Source: a virus (lineage: Duplodnaviria > Caudoviricetes). From it: a stretch of 64,000 nt of DNA. The stretch's first letter is position 1. The number at the start of each line of letters is the position of its first letter. The DNA lies in IMG/VR virus record IMGVR_UViG_3300042451_000960, one strand, 5' to 3'. This document shows, in pieces, positions 1 to 9,941 of this stretch. The notes beneath the pieces are model-generated. The model saw only the letters and a program-made list of their open reading frames with translations, did not search any database and was not told the DNA's origin. A program made the translations under genes and the position numbers.

Positions 1-387
1 TGCCAAACCACTATCTGTCATATCTAAAGGAACTTTTAATTCCAATTCTTTTTTTTCTGACCACATTCCTAAGTTGAATGGTTTTACATTATCTTCTAAA
101 CCATTAAGTTTAATATTTTCTTCTAATGCTTCAAATGCCAATGGATTTGGTTCGAATGCATAGCATTTAATTGATTTATTAAGTATTGGTAAAAATATAA
201 AACTACCAGTATTAGCACCTATATCAAAAAAATTAATGGTATCTCTGTTAAAGATTATATTATTATAAAAAGTTGCTATTAATTGCTCATCATAAATTTC
301 ACCACCACGAGAAGCACCCCATATAGAGTTACATTTATCTGATAGTAAAATTTCATTTCCTAAAAACTTTGATTTAAAGTGATTCAT
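1..387 (-). CDS. FkbM-family SAM-dependent methyltransferase (partial, runs off window start)
   Basis: Not in the ORF track. Manual translation from ATG at 387 gives MNHFKSKFLG...FFDIGANTGSF...YAFEPNP, the FkbM motif I and EPNP signature; frame open to position 1. Confidence 0.8.
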   Translation of the reverse strand, partial: MNHFKSKFLGNEILLSDKCNSIWGASRGGEIYDEQLIATFYNNIIFNRDTINFFDIGANTGSFIFLPILNKSIKCYAFEPNPLAFEALEENIKLNGLEDNVKPFNLGMWSEKKELELKVPLDMTDSGLA

Positions 388-1300
388 AATTTTTCATTTT
401 TTGATATATTTTTTCAATCTCGTATTCCTTTACTTTTTCATATGCAGCATCTACAATTGGTTGATATGATTTATAGTTATGAATAATGTGATATAATTTA
501 TAAAAAAGGTCTTCTAAGTTATACCAATATATAAAATGTTCGTTTGGCGTGAACCAATTTTCTATAACATTCCATTGGTCATATTTTACCAAAACCAAAG
601 TTTTACAAACCATAGATTCTATCACTCTTGGTTTAAATTGTGGTATATATCCACTTTCCAAATCTTTAAATGCTTGGTTGTTTTGCCAACCATCATATTT
701 GGTTATAAAACCAGAATGTCCATTATTAATTGGTGCTAAGTTCATTGCTATTGAAACTTTACTTTTGGAAAGTATATCCCATTTCAATTTACTTTGAATA
801 TTAATATGGGTTGGTGTATATGGTGCCTGATAGCCGCTTATGGATGCATGAACATAATTGTAATTTTTCATTATATCAATTATTTTAAAATGCTCCTGTC
901 CTAATAAATGACCCATATAAATTACATCATATGTTTTTTCGGCAGTGTAATCAATTGATTCAAAAGATTCTTTAGCATATGGGAATGGTATTGGTATAAA
1001 TTTTGTAGAACTTTTTTTATTCATCCAATCACATGTATATGGACATAACGTATATACATGTGTAAAATACTCTTGCTCATCATTACAATTAGTTGTACTA
1101 CAATATGCACAAGGTGCTTCTAAATTAAGATATGTACGTTTATTAAAGTTTTTATATTTTTCTTTTAGTTCTGAATTAATTGATGTTGCATATCCTTGAA
1201 ATAATACTTCTGTTTCAGAGTTATCATCAAATCTTTCTAAATTATAAAAACTATTTATGACATCGCCATATTCTCCACTATGTTCTGCTACTATTTTCAT
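374..1300 (-). CDS. Putative glycosyltransferase (GT-B-like, Glyco_trans_1_2 type C-terminus)
   Basis: C-terminal YDVIYMG...LSKSKVSIAMN...KPRVIESMVCKTLV...FTPNEHFIY pattern; sits in sugar cluster. Confidence 0.6.
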   Translation of the reverse strand: MKIVAEHSGEYGDVINSFYNLERFDDNSETEVLFQGYATSINSELKEKYKNFNKRTYLNLEAPCAYCSTTNCNDEQEYFTHVYTLCPYTCDWMNKKSSTKFIPIPFPYAKESFESIDYTAEKTYDVIYMGHLLGQEHFKIIDIMKNYNYVHASISGYQAPYTPTHINIQSKLKWDILSKSKVSIAMNLAPINNGHSGFITKYDGWQNNQAFKDLESGYIPQFKPRVIESMVCKTLVLVKYDQWNVIENWFTPNEHFIYWYNLEDLFYKLYHIIHNYKSYQPIVDAAYEKVKEYEIEKIYQKMKNYESL

Positions 1301-1307
1301 TCATTTA

Positions 1308-2009
1308 TTATTTTACGAAAAACATACCATAATTTATACGTCTTTCTGAATTAATTATTTTTTCCAATTCCAATTCACTTCTTTTGTAAAAGTTTTTTGG
1401 GTATTCCAAATATGGGTCTCCCTTATCTGAAAATGTTGCTTTAGGAAATACGTCACCTTCATCAAACCAGCCAATGACACCAAATTGGTCATAACCCAAA
1501 CTTTCCAAATGGTCTAATATTTTATATAATTGTTCTGCTTCTTCTTCATGCCACTCAAAACAAATATCATTTGCTTTTTGTGTTAGTCCCTGCAACACAT
1601 TTAATTCATATCCCTCAACATCAATTTTTATTAAATCGGGTATACCAAATCTTTCAAGCATACTATCCAAACTTATAGATTCTATTTTAATAGGAGCTTC
1701 CCATTTAATTGAATTTGCTTCAACATTTTTACTTCCTTTTGTAAATCTAGAATTCTCCATAAAGGTTGTTGAAGCCGTTGATACACCTGTTGCATATTTT
1801 GATATGTAAAAATCAACCATGTCTCCTTCCTTATTGGAAACTAAATTGTTTAAAAGTGTAAAATTGTAGTTTGTATAAAAATGATTTGAAACTCTAGCCG
1901 CTAAATCCGGATTAGCTTCAACTGCCACTACTGAGCAATTTGGGAATTTGTTAAAGCATGTTTGTGTAAATTCACCAACGTTAAATCCTATATCAAATAT
2001 TAATTCCAT
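1308..2009 (-). CDS. FkbM-family methyltransferase
   Basis: IFDIGFNVG, AVEANP and LIKIDVEGYELNVL motifs. Confidence 0.85.
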   Translation of the reverse strand: MELIFDIGFNVGEFTQTCFNKFPNCSVVAVEANPDLAARVSNHFYTNYNFTLLNNLVSNKEGDMVDFYISKYATGVSTASTTFMENSRFTKGSKNVEANSIKWEAPIKIESISLDSMLERFGIPDLIKIDVEGYELNVLQGLTQKANDICFEWHEEEAEQLYKILDHLESLGYDQFGVIGWFDEGDVFPKATFSDKGDPYLEYPKNFYKRSELELEKIINSERRINYGMFFVK

Positions 2010-2014
2010 TGTTT

Positions 2015-2872
2015 TTATTTTAAAATGTATTCTTTTGGGTAAAATTTTTCCCTTTTTAAAGTTGGTTCATCGGGGTGATACCATTCTGGCGCTACAACTA
2101 TTTTGTTTGGGTTTGGATTAACATATGCTGCCCACCATCCGAAACTACTTGCATGTGATAGTATATTATGGTCACAACTCATTATTCTACAATAATCATC
2201 AATTTGTTCCTGTCCTTCAGAAAAAAGAAATCCATCTTCGCCAAAGAATTGTTTACACCAATCAACATCAATACTATTGTCTTCATTGAATCTCTGCCCA
2301 CCGGTGAATACTAAGAACTTTACATTCTTTCCATCGAATACTTTCTTTGCTTCTTTGAAATAAGTTTCATACATTCCATCAGGTTCATACGCTTGAATCA
2401 ATCCAGTTTGCCCATTAGTCATATTATCACCTCTCCTAACATGCACACTAACAATTTCACATTGATGTTGCTCTTTTAAGAAATCAATATAGTTCATTCC
2501 TTTATCCAAATATTCATTCTTTGGAGTAAGTTCTTTTTTAATTTCCTCAGCTATATGTTCAAAGTAAAATATACTTTGATAATACCCATCTATTGTTGTA
2601 TTGTCTGGTACACTAAAGAAGTTTGAGTCATATTTTTGCCAAGTTGGTTCTTCATATAAGTTTTGTAATTTATTTGCATCTTCTTGAGTCAAATATTCAC
2701 AATTAATATTAAACTTATCCAACAAAGAAATCTGACCATGCCAGCTCATAGTTTGTGGGTTTGGTATTTTCATTTGGTAACCATTCTTAGTAGCCAACCC
2801 CTTTAAAGCAGCATATTGAAATAATTGATTTCCTAATCTTCCATTTTCTCCTAATCTATGGAATGTTATCAT
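2015..2872 (-). CDS. Alpha-1,2-fucosyltransferase-like (GT11)
   Basis: GRLGNQLFQYA, GYYQS, SVHVRRGD and SSFGWWAAY are the GT11 motifs. Confidence 0.9.
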   Translation of the reverse strand: MITFHRLGENGRLGNQLFQYAALKGLATKNGYQMKIPNPQTMSWHGQISLLDKFNINCEYLTQEDANKLQNLYEEPTWQKYDSNFFSVPDNTTIDGYYQSIFYFEHIAEEIKKELTPKNEYLDKGMNYIDFLKEQHQCEIVSVHVRRGDNMTNGQTGLIQAYEPDGMYETYFKEAKKVFDGKNVKFLVFTGGQRFNEDNSIDVDWCKQFFGEDGFLFSEGQEQIDDYCRIMSCDHNILSHASSFGWWAAYVNPNPNKIVVAPEWYHPDEPTLKREKFYPKEYILK

Positions 2873-3504
2873 TATTGTATAACTTTATTATTTTTGAAAA
2901 CAGTGAATTCGGTTAAATCTCTATAGCCATTCAATTCACCTTGGTCCGAATTGTGTAAAGGTAAGTTTTGCATCATTGCCAATCCATGTGCTGCTTGTTG
3001 TGGAGTCATATACATATTCCAACCTAAGAACTCAATATCATCATCCTTATAATACTTCTCACTTCTACCCTCATATCTTGCTCTCTTAAACCATTCAGCT
3101 GCTTTAGGGTCATCAGTAAGAATCATACCACCTTTCCAAATTGGAAGTAACTTTTTAATATGAAATGATAATCCCATATAAGTTCCGGGTTGATACATAC
3201 CTTGAGTAAATCTTTTAGCTGCATCCCAAATTGGATATGGTTTCAATTGATAAGCCCCAACCCAATGATTTGTTTCAGGTCTCCTATCAAATATAACTTC
3301 ACCACCGGCGTGGATGATTGATTGTGGTACTGATAGATAAGTTTTAGATGGTATGGTTACCTCTTTAACTTCTAAGTACTTACAAATAAGGAATAGTGCA
3401 TTTGTGCAACTATCAATTGAAATAGCGAAAGGAGCTCCAGTGTACTCTGCCACTTCTTCCTCAAACATCTTTACGATTTTGTATGGGTTGTGTAATTTAA
3501 TCAT
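2872..3504 (-). CDS. DegT/DnrJ/EryC1/StrS-family PLP aminotransferase (short, 210 aa)
   Basis: FEEEVAEYTG...DSCTNALFL and SFHIKK..KGGMILTDD (PLP-lysine region). Confidence 0.8.
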   Translation of the reverse strand: MIKLHNPYKIVKMFEEEVAEYTGAPFAISIDSCTNALFLICKYLEVKEVTIPSKTYLSVPQSIIHAGGEVIFDRRPETNHWVGAYQLKPYPIWDAAKRFTQGMYQPGTYMGLSFHIKKLLPIWKGGMILTDDPKAAEWFKRARYEGRSEKYYKDDDIEFLGWNMYMTPQQAAHGLAMMQNLPLHNSDQGELNGYRDLTEFTVFKNNKVIQ

Positions 3505-3505
3505 G

Positions 3506-4123
3506 TTAATCTTCTTTTATTATTTCTATACAAAGGATATTCTTATCATTTATCATAACAAGTCTACCATCTTTTGTTTCAAACTTTGTGAACTGTCCCT
3601 GCTTAATTGAATCAGTATCAACTCCATTAAATGTTCTTTTTTCTCCACCAACAAAGTGTAGAATCTTAGAAACATATTTTCCTTTTTGTGTAATTGAACT
3701 TTTTAAGCTAACCATTTTATTTTTTAGTTTATAGTATGTGAAGTTTTCATCCCTACCACTTACTTCAAACCCACAACTAATGAATAACTTATCACTAGCA
3801 ATATTACCATGCTTTACTTTAGCGTATGCAGTTGGCCATATAGCCATAGCTGATTTTATCATAAACTTACCAACTCCCATTCCAAAAAAATCAGGATGGG
3901 TACATACTCTAATATCATCTTCAATCACACCAACATATCCTGCGGGCTTACCATCTAATAAAGCAATACGATAATGTTGTGAATTATCTGTCATATACTT
4001 TATCTGTTGTTCTTCGGTAATTGGAGTTGTTTGTAAAAAGCCATCAATTACTCTACCATCCATTCGAAGCTTTCTAACAAACTCCCAATAGTCTTTCGTA
4101 CATTCTACTAATTCCATATACAT
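3506..4123 (-). CDS. GNAT N-acetyltransferase (PseH-like) with an extra ~70-aa C-terminal domain
   Basis: HPDFFGMGVGK acetyl-CoA-binding motif A and N.AS.KLF..CGF motif B. Confidence 0.7.
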   Translation of the reverse strand: MYMELVECTKDYWEFVRKLRMDGRVIDGFLQTTPITEEQQIKYMTDNSQHYRIALLDGKPAGYVGVIEDDIRVCTHPDFFGMGVGKFMIKSAMAIWPTAYAKVKHGNIASDKLFISCGFEVSGRDENFTYYKLKNKMVSLKSSITQKGKYVSKILHFVGGEKRTFNGVDTDSIKQGQFTKFETKDGRLVMINDKNILCIEIIKED

Positions 4124-4890
4124 ATTTTTTGAAGGTCACCACCACCTCTATAATACCAAAACCTTTGAAGATAATCTCTTTCTGTTGGCATTTTCATTAA
4201 TGGTGTTAAGCAAGTACCAATATCAATAAAGGTGTTATTTGGGTGTTTTTTATATAGTTTATAAGTAGCTATATTTGTAAATGATGATGCTGAGAAAAGA
4301 AATACGTGATTTTCTATTTTATTTTCCGTAATCCAATTATCAATTTCATCAATTACATGCAAATCATTTACCATAGCATTGTAACCAACTCTAAAATCTT
4401 TTACAACAAATGGTAGTTTGGATGTATCGGCATCTTTATGACAAACCATAACACAATTTTTATTATAAAGTTCTGGTAGTACCCAACTTATAAATGTTGG
4501 ATAATTTCCATTAACCCATAGATTTGCCCAAGTTAAATCATCAGAATCACCATTAAACATTTTAATTTGTTTGTCAACATATTCTCTACCATTACAACAA
4601 ACACATCCGATTCCTTTATAGTATTCTGATTGTTTATGTTTCGCAGATTCTAATAATAATTCTCTAATATGTGCATGTTCTATTGGGTCAAAGTGTTTAA
4701 AATCTTGCGATTTATATAAACCACCTTGCTTATGCTCACCAATTTGAATAAGATTATCATCTAATTTTAATTCTTGGTTATCAAGAATATATTGCTCACC
4801 ATCAGAAAATCTTACGAAGGCAAAGTTTTGGTTATTTCTTAATTTATTTAAGAAAAAAGTTAGTTCTTTTTGAAATTGTTTATTTCTCAT
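4108..4890 (-). CDS. Putative GT-D-fold (DUF1792-like) glycosyltransferase
   Basis: FAFVRFSDGE N-terminal motif and FIDIG C-terminal motif. Confidence 0.55.
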   Translation of the reverse strand: MRNKQFQKELTFFLNKLRNNQNFAFVRFSDGEQYILDNQELKLDDNLIQIGEHKQGGLYKSQDFKHFDPIEHAHIRELLLESAKHKQSEYYKGIGCVCCNGREYVDKQIKMFNGDSDDLTWANLWVNGNYPTFISWVLPELYNKNCVMVCHKDADTSKLPFVVKDFRVGYNAMVNDLHVIDEIDNWITENKIENHVFLFSASSFTNIATYKLYKKHPNNTFIDIGTCLTPLMKMPTERDYLQRFWYYRGGGDLQKICIWN

Positions 4891-4891
4891 A

Positions 4892-6079
4892 TTATCTATG
4901 GTATAAATGTTCTCTTGCCATTAAAAAAATGTGCCATAATTGTTGATGTTTTTTAATAAAAGCACCGGTTATGTTTAGTGTATCACCACCCCAAGGAGTT
5001 TTTAAATAAGCCATCAATTCTTCTCCGGGCAAAATACCAGCTATCCATTGGGTTGGTGTTTCTTCTTTAGTTATAAACACAAATTGTTTATTCTTTGTAT
5101 CAATAAGTAAATTTTTACTATAATCAAAAAATTCAAGTATTACCATACCAGGACCTTCTATTCTATAACCCGAATCATATAATTTATTAAGTTCATTTAT
5201 AATAGAATCTTCGCTTGGGAAATCACTAACAGTAGTTATTTCTTTTCTACAATTTGCTATAACATCATTCCATTTAACAATATTGGTATCATTATTTTCA
5301 TTTGATGTTAATGATATTTCTTCATTGTAAAATGGTATTTGAGTTTTATATTTTGTAAGTGGAAGTAAGTCATTCAAACTAACAGCGTAATCATTTATGT
5401 AGTCATTGTATTGCTTACAAAAATAAACATAACTAGCAAATGGTACACTCATTTTTGGTTGAAGATAATTTTGGTATCTAATAAATTTATCTATATGAAA
5501 TTTTGTACCTTTTTCAATAATTGCATTTGGTTCGGTACTATTACCATAATAACCAGCTAAACTAAATTGGAATAACCATAAATCAATTTTAGGAAACATT
5601 TGTTTCATTCGAGGAAGAACTTCATCATCTAAATAAGCATCATTCTGATTACAAATCACATCATCACCAATTCTATAAACCAATGCGCTATCATGTCCTT
5701 CAGGAAATGCTGTTATTGTAAACCCTTCTTCTATTTCAGTTTCAATATAATGGTCAATGTATGCAAAACTGTATCCAAGCTTTTTACATTCATCCATTAC
5801 ATTTGGATTAGTTCTACGAGGAAATATAATTGTAATTTCGTTATCAGTTTTTGTTTTAATGTATTTTAATGTAGGCCAATGTAAATGGTCTGGGTGTTCA
5901 TGTGATACCGAAATATATTTTACTTTTGAATAATCAATTTTACTATCATCAGTATCTTTAAGTAAAGACCAACTATTATTGAATATTCTACCAAAATACC
6001 AAGGGTCAACTAATGTAATTGAATTGTCTGTTTCAATTGAAAACGATGCATGATTTAAAAACGTAACTTTATAATTCAT
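4892..6079 (-). CDS. Metallo-beta-lactamase-fold hydrolase (UlaG/CMP-Neu5Ac-hydroxylase-like)
   Basis: NHAS, LVDPW and SHEHPDHLH (HxHxDH) motifs. Confidence 0.75.
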   Translation of the reverse strand: MNYKVTFLNHASFSIETDNSITLVDPWYFGRIFNNSWSLLKDTDDSKIDYSKVKYISVSHEHPDHLHWPTLKYIKTKTDNEITIIFPRRTNPNVMDECKKLGYSFAYIDHYIETEIEEGFTITAFPEGHDSALVYRIGDDVICNQNDAYLDDEVLPRMKQMFPKIDLWLFQFSLAGYYGNSTEPNAIIEKGTKFHIDKFIRYQNYLQPKMSVPFASYVYFCKQYNDYINDYAVSLNDLLPLTKYKTQIPFYNEEISLTSNENNDTNIVKWNDVIANCRKEITTVSDFPSEDSIINELNKLYDSGYRIEGPGMVILEFFDYSKNLLIDTKNKQFVFITKEETPTQWIAGILPGEELMAYLKTPWGGDTLNITGAFIKKHQQLWHIFLMAREHLYHR

Positions 6080-7076
6080 CTTTTAATATTTTATAAATTT
6101 TTTCCGATGCTTTCCCATCTCCATATGGACAAGGTTTACAAATATACGGATTTTTTTCTAATTCACAAAATAAATCGGATAGTTTTTCTGGGGTTTCGCA
6201 AACAAATAAATGCCCAGAACCTTTCCCCTCTGGTCTTTCTGTTACTTTTCTACAAACTATTACTTTTTTGTTAAAGAAAGCCCCTTCCTCTTGCAATCCA
6301 CCACTATCAGTTATTACTAACTTAGAATCCTTTAGAATGTTAATAGTTTCATCGTGCGTAAGGGGTTCAACAACATTTATGTTTGTCAATAACCCCTTAT
6401 GCTTTTGAACGTTTGGATTTGGATGCATTGGTAGTATAAATTTATACTGTGGATAATCAATTGCTAACTGATTAATCTGCTTAAACCATTCATCCATCCA
6501 ATAAAAGTTTTCTCTACGATGCATTGTTACTAAGATAGTATCACCATAACTACCTTTGTCATACTTTAGGAGATTATCCAATACAGTATTTCCAACTATA
6601 TGAATATCTCCTTTTACTCTTTCCGCATCTAAGTTTTCAGCGGAAAGTTGTGTTGGCGCAAAGTTTACATCTGCCAAGCGTGCTATCATTTGTCTGTAAC
6701 CTTCCTCTGGATAAGGATTTTCTAAATCGTAACTACGGAGTCCCGCTTCTAAATAGTAAACCTTTATTCCTCTATGAAACGCTGCTAACGCACAGGCAAA
6801 AGCGGAGGCTGTATCACCTTGCACCAACACACCGCTGAACTTGTAATTTGGAAAATATTCCATACAAGCAATCATAATAGAATCTAATCTAGTATGACGA
6901 AAACTTTCTTCTATATTTACTCTAAAATCAACTCTTATATCTGCTAGTAGGTCTTCATGCTGACCTGTGAATAGTAGTTTGTATTCACTTCTATCCATTA
7001 TATCAATCAAAGGCTTTACCTTTAACCACTCAGGTCTAGTTCCAAAACATACTAATATTGGGTGTTTCTTATTCAT
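6069..7076 (-). CDS. wecB: UDP-N-acetylglucosamine 2-epimerase (non-hydrolysing)
   Basis: FGTRPE, TGQH, VQGDT, EAGLRS, HRREN, TDSGGLQEE and PYGDGKAS motifs. Confidence 0.95.
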   Translation of the reverse strand: MNKKHPILVCFGTRPEWLKVKPLIDIMDRSEYKLLFTGQHEDLLADIRVDFRVNIEESFRHTRLDSIMIACMEYFPNYKFSGVLVQGDTASAFACALAAFHRGIKVYYLEAGLRSYDLENPYPEEGYRQMIARLADVNFAPTQLSAENLDAERVKGDIHIVGNTVLDNLLKYDKGSYGDTILVTMHRRENFYWMDEWFKQINQLAIDYPQYKFILPMHPNPNVQKHKGLLTNINVVEPLTHDETINILKDSKLVITDSGGLQEEGAFFNKKVIVCRKVTERPEGKGSGHLFVCETPEKLSDLFCELEKNPYICKPCPYGDGKASEKIYKILKDEL

Positions 7077-7836
7077 TTACTAATTTCCAACCTTTTTGTC
7101 TTTGTTTATGAAAATAATCATTCATTAATTGTTTGAATGGTACACCTTCTACACTTTTTTGGTTTGATTCCCAAAGTGAGTTAGCATCACCACCATAAGT
7201 TGCTCCTTTTGTACTTCCCCACATTTCTTTATCAGAACGAGGATGTGGTGGTACAAATGTTTTTATTCCAGCATATTTTTGTAACATATAAGAGAAGTGC
7301 ATATCCTCACCGCATGTATTATATTTTGGGTCAGGTTGCTCCATCCACATATAAGATAACCATTCTTTTTTAAAGAACCAACTATGCCCAACTAAATCAA
7401 CTTGAATAGTCTTATCATTATTACCAGCTTCCGGCCATCCAAATCGTAAATAGTGTTCGTAATAAGATGAATGTTCTGCTGATAGTGGATTCAAATAAAG
7501 TAGTCCCACCGTCCCCAACAAACCTTCATTTTCTTTCATTGTGTTCATACAATTCTCTAGCCACTTTGAACCAGGTATTGTATCATCATCAAATATACAT
7601 ACATAAGGATTACGAGCCATAAATGCGAAAGCAAATCGTGCCCACACACCAAAGTTGTAATTACAATATGCAACGGGAACTTCTGTACCAATATCGTAAT
7701 TGATTAATTCATTATCATCAGGGTTATTATACCACACCAATATCTCATCCGGCTGAACAGTTTGTTTTTTAAGTGCTTCCATTTGTTCATTAAGATTAGC
7801 ACCTCTTTTGTAACCATTTAATATAACTGTTATCAT
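7069..7836 (-). CDS. GT2-family glycosyltransferase
   Basis: ITVILNGYKR, FDDD and GED motifs. Start reassigned to ATG at 7836. Confidence 0.75.
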   Translation of the reverse strand: MITVILNGYKRGANLNEQMEALKKQTVQPDEILVWYNNPDDNELINYDIGTEVPVAYCNYNFGVWARFAFAFMARNPYVCIFDDDTIPGSKWLENCMNTMKENEGLLGTVGLLYLNPLSAEHSSYYEHYLRFGWPEAGNNDKTIQVDLVGHSWFFKKEWLSYMWMEQPDPKYNTCGEDMHFSYMLQKYAGIKTFVPPHPRSDKEMWGSTKGATYGGDANSLWESNQKSVEGVPFKQLMNDYFHKQRQKGWKLVNE

Positions 7837-8834
7837 AATTCTCTTTTTATTCGTTGTAACCAAACTTCCTTTGAAAAACAAGCTTCATAATTTGATTTTG
7901 CTATTTCTGAACATTGATTATAAAACTCTTTATCATTTCTTAATTGTATTGCCAATTCTCTTGCAGTTTCCAAATCATTCACTGCTACCGATAAAGATGG
8001 ATGACAAAGTAATTGAGTATCTACATCTTGATTTCCAATACAAGGTATTCCAAAATATGCACAATTAAGAGCAAATGTTCCAGCTGCTACCGTTGGCATC
8101 ATATGAACTCCGTATTTGAATGTTGATAATACAGCCATCCATTCGTTCCACATCATTCGAGGTAAGTGAGTTAGATTATCCACACTATCCTCACCAATTC
8201 TCATAGCATGTGATGTTTGTGCCCAAATAGGAACTTCGAAATTACCAGCTATCATATAACTCTCAAACCCACCATACCATCTTGCGAAGTTACCACCTAT
8301 AATTGCTTTATCTTCTTTTGTTGGTACAATATCTTTAATTAAAGTATCAATCATTAATGTACCAATAGGTCTTACCTTTTTATTAGGAAACAATCCTTTA
8401 TAGTAATATACATCAGAATCATTATGTGTGAAAATTGAATCACAACTTGCTAAAAAGTTATAGAAATAAACTTGGTCTGATATTTCGTAATCGTTATACC
8501 ACCAATGAGGTCCTTCTTGAATATAGTGAACCGAACCATTACCTTTTGCTTTAATTCTTTCAACTATATCTTGCCTCAATAATTCAGAAACTGGATTAGT
8601 ACCTCTTACCAATGTACTGCCCTCCGAACTTAAAAATGTTTTACCTTTTGGAAATATAATAAAGACATGGTCATATCCTGTCAAATTTTTATCAGAACCA
8701 AATAGATGAAGATTATAATGGTCAGCATCTAAAGCATGCATCCAAGCAAACTCCGTTCTCATATTTGGATGATTAGCTGGAACTTTTCCAACAAATCCCA
8801 TTTCAGTTAGGAAAGCTATCTTAGATTGTATCAT
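7833..8834 (-). CDS. Putative GT-B glycosyltransferase
   Basis: C-terminal GTFALNCAYFGIPCIG resembles the GT-B nucleotide-sugar-binding region. Start reassigned to ATG at 8834. Confidence 0.5.
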   Translation of the reverse strand: MIQSKIAFLTEMGFVGKVPANHPNMRTEFAWMHALDADHYNLHLFGSDKNLTGYDHVFIIFPKGKTFLSSEGSTLVRGTNPVSELLRQDIVERIKAKGNGSVHYIQEGPHWWYNDYEISDQVYFYNFLASCDSIFTHNDSDVYYYKGLFPNKKVRPIGTLMIDTLIKDIVPTKEDKAIIGGNFARWYGGFESYMIAGNFEVPIWAQTSHAMRIGEDSVDNLTHLPRMMWNEWMAVLSTFKYGVHMMPTVAAGTFALNCAYFGIPCIGNQDVDTQLLCHPSLSVAVNDLETARELAIQLRNDKEFYNQCSEIAKSNYEACFSKEVWLQRIKREL

Positions 8835-9450
8835 ACAAAGCGTTTTGTTTTTCTTGTCTTTCAATTTGCTTATGATGATATAAACAATAAATTTCTTCTT
8901 GTGGTAAAACCGATAAAGTATTGTATCCTATAATTCGCTCATGCACTTTACCGCTCCATTCGATTTCAGAAGTTCTTCTATAAAGGCGAGTTTGGTAATC
9001 AGGAAAATTTATCCATCCGTTTTCATTAACTTGCCATTTCCATTTTTGGATATGTTGTTTTGTTAATCCTTCAACAGTATTAATACGAGGAACAAAGAAA
9101 AGGTCAACATCTTTATTATATTCTAAAAAGCTGTGTATATTTTCGACTAAGTATTCGGATGGTATTTCATCCGCATCAATTTGAAATATAAAAATACCAT
9201 TTGCATGATTCTTTAAATTATTCTTAAAAGAAGCAAAATCTTTATTTAAAGCAAACTCTATTACTCTAATATTTTTATGCAATTGAGCTATTATTTTTAA
9301 ATAATCTTTTATTTGATTTGTAGATGAATCAGAATCATACTGAACTAATATTTCATCTTCTTCTTTTAATCTAGGATGTAGGAAATTAATAAGATTTGTA
9401 ATTTCATTTATTTCATTACAAACCGTAATTGCATATGTAACATTTATCAT
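8821..9450 (-). CDS. GT2-family glycosyltransferase
   Basis: YAITVCNE, DFASFKN, IDADE, PDYQ.R and GKVHE motifs. Confidence 0.85.
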   Translation of the reverse strand: MINVTYAITVCNEINEITNLINFLHPRLKEEDEILVQYDSDSSTNQIKDYLKIIAQLHKNIRVIEFALNKDFASFKNNLKNHANGIFIFQIDADEIPSEYLVENIHSFLEYNKDVDLFFVPRINTVEGLTKQHIQKWKWQVNENGWINFPDYQTRLYRRTSEIEWSGKVHERIIGYNTLSVLPQEEIYCLYHHKQIERQEKQNALYDTI

Positions 9451-9456
9451 AACTTA

Positions 9457-9939
9457 TTATAACTTCTTTAAAATTTTAATATATTGCTTTATATAATCTT
9501 TTTTTATTATCACTTCTGATATTTGTTTAACACCAGTAATAGTGTATGTCCTATAAAGTTCTTTATTTGTTGTTCCTATTCTTTTATTTTTTACATGAGA
9601 TTCGTAAATATTAGAACCGGCCCTATCACCTATTTGTAACAACTCTTCAAGCATTTTAGATTGAGAAATAGATTCTTCGGTAAGATTTGTTAAAAATAAT
9701 TTTTTAAGCCATTTAAAAAAATCTTCAGGCTTTATTTCAGTTATTTTTAAACCTACGAGTTTTTTATCGTAAATTCCAAAAACAAAAACGATAGCAGTTT
9801 CGGGTCCAGATAAAGATTTTCTAGTCCCATCAACATACTCATACGAAGTAATCTTATAAATGTTTCTTGGTCTTACTAAACTTTTAGAAACTTTTTTTTC
9901 GGATTCTATTATTTTATCATATTGTTGTACAAATGGCAT
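9457..9939 (-). CDS. Hypothetical protein (possibly related to T4 gp2 DNA-end protector)
   Basis: Intact ORF with coupled neighbours; the C-terminal YRTY motif is only weakly reminiscent of gp2. Confidence 0.3.
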   Translation of the reverse strand: MPFVQQYDKIIESEKKVSKSLVRPRNIYKITSYEYVDGTRKSLSGPETAIVFVFGIYDKKLVGLKITEIKPEDFFKWLKKLFLTNLTEESISQSKMLEELLQIGDRAGSNIYESHVKNKRIGTTNKELYRTYTITGVKQISEVIIKKDYIKQYIKILKKL

Positions 9940-9941
9940 TG

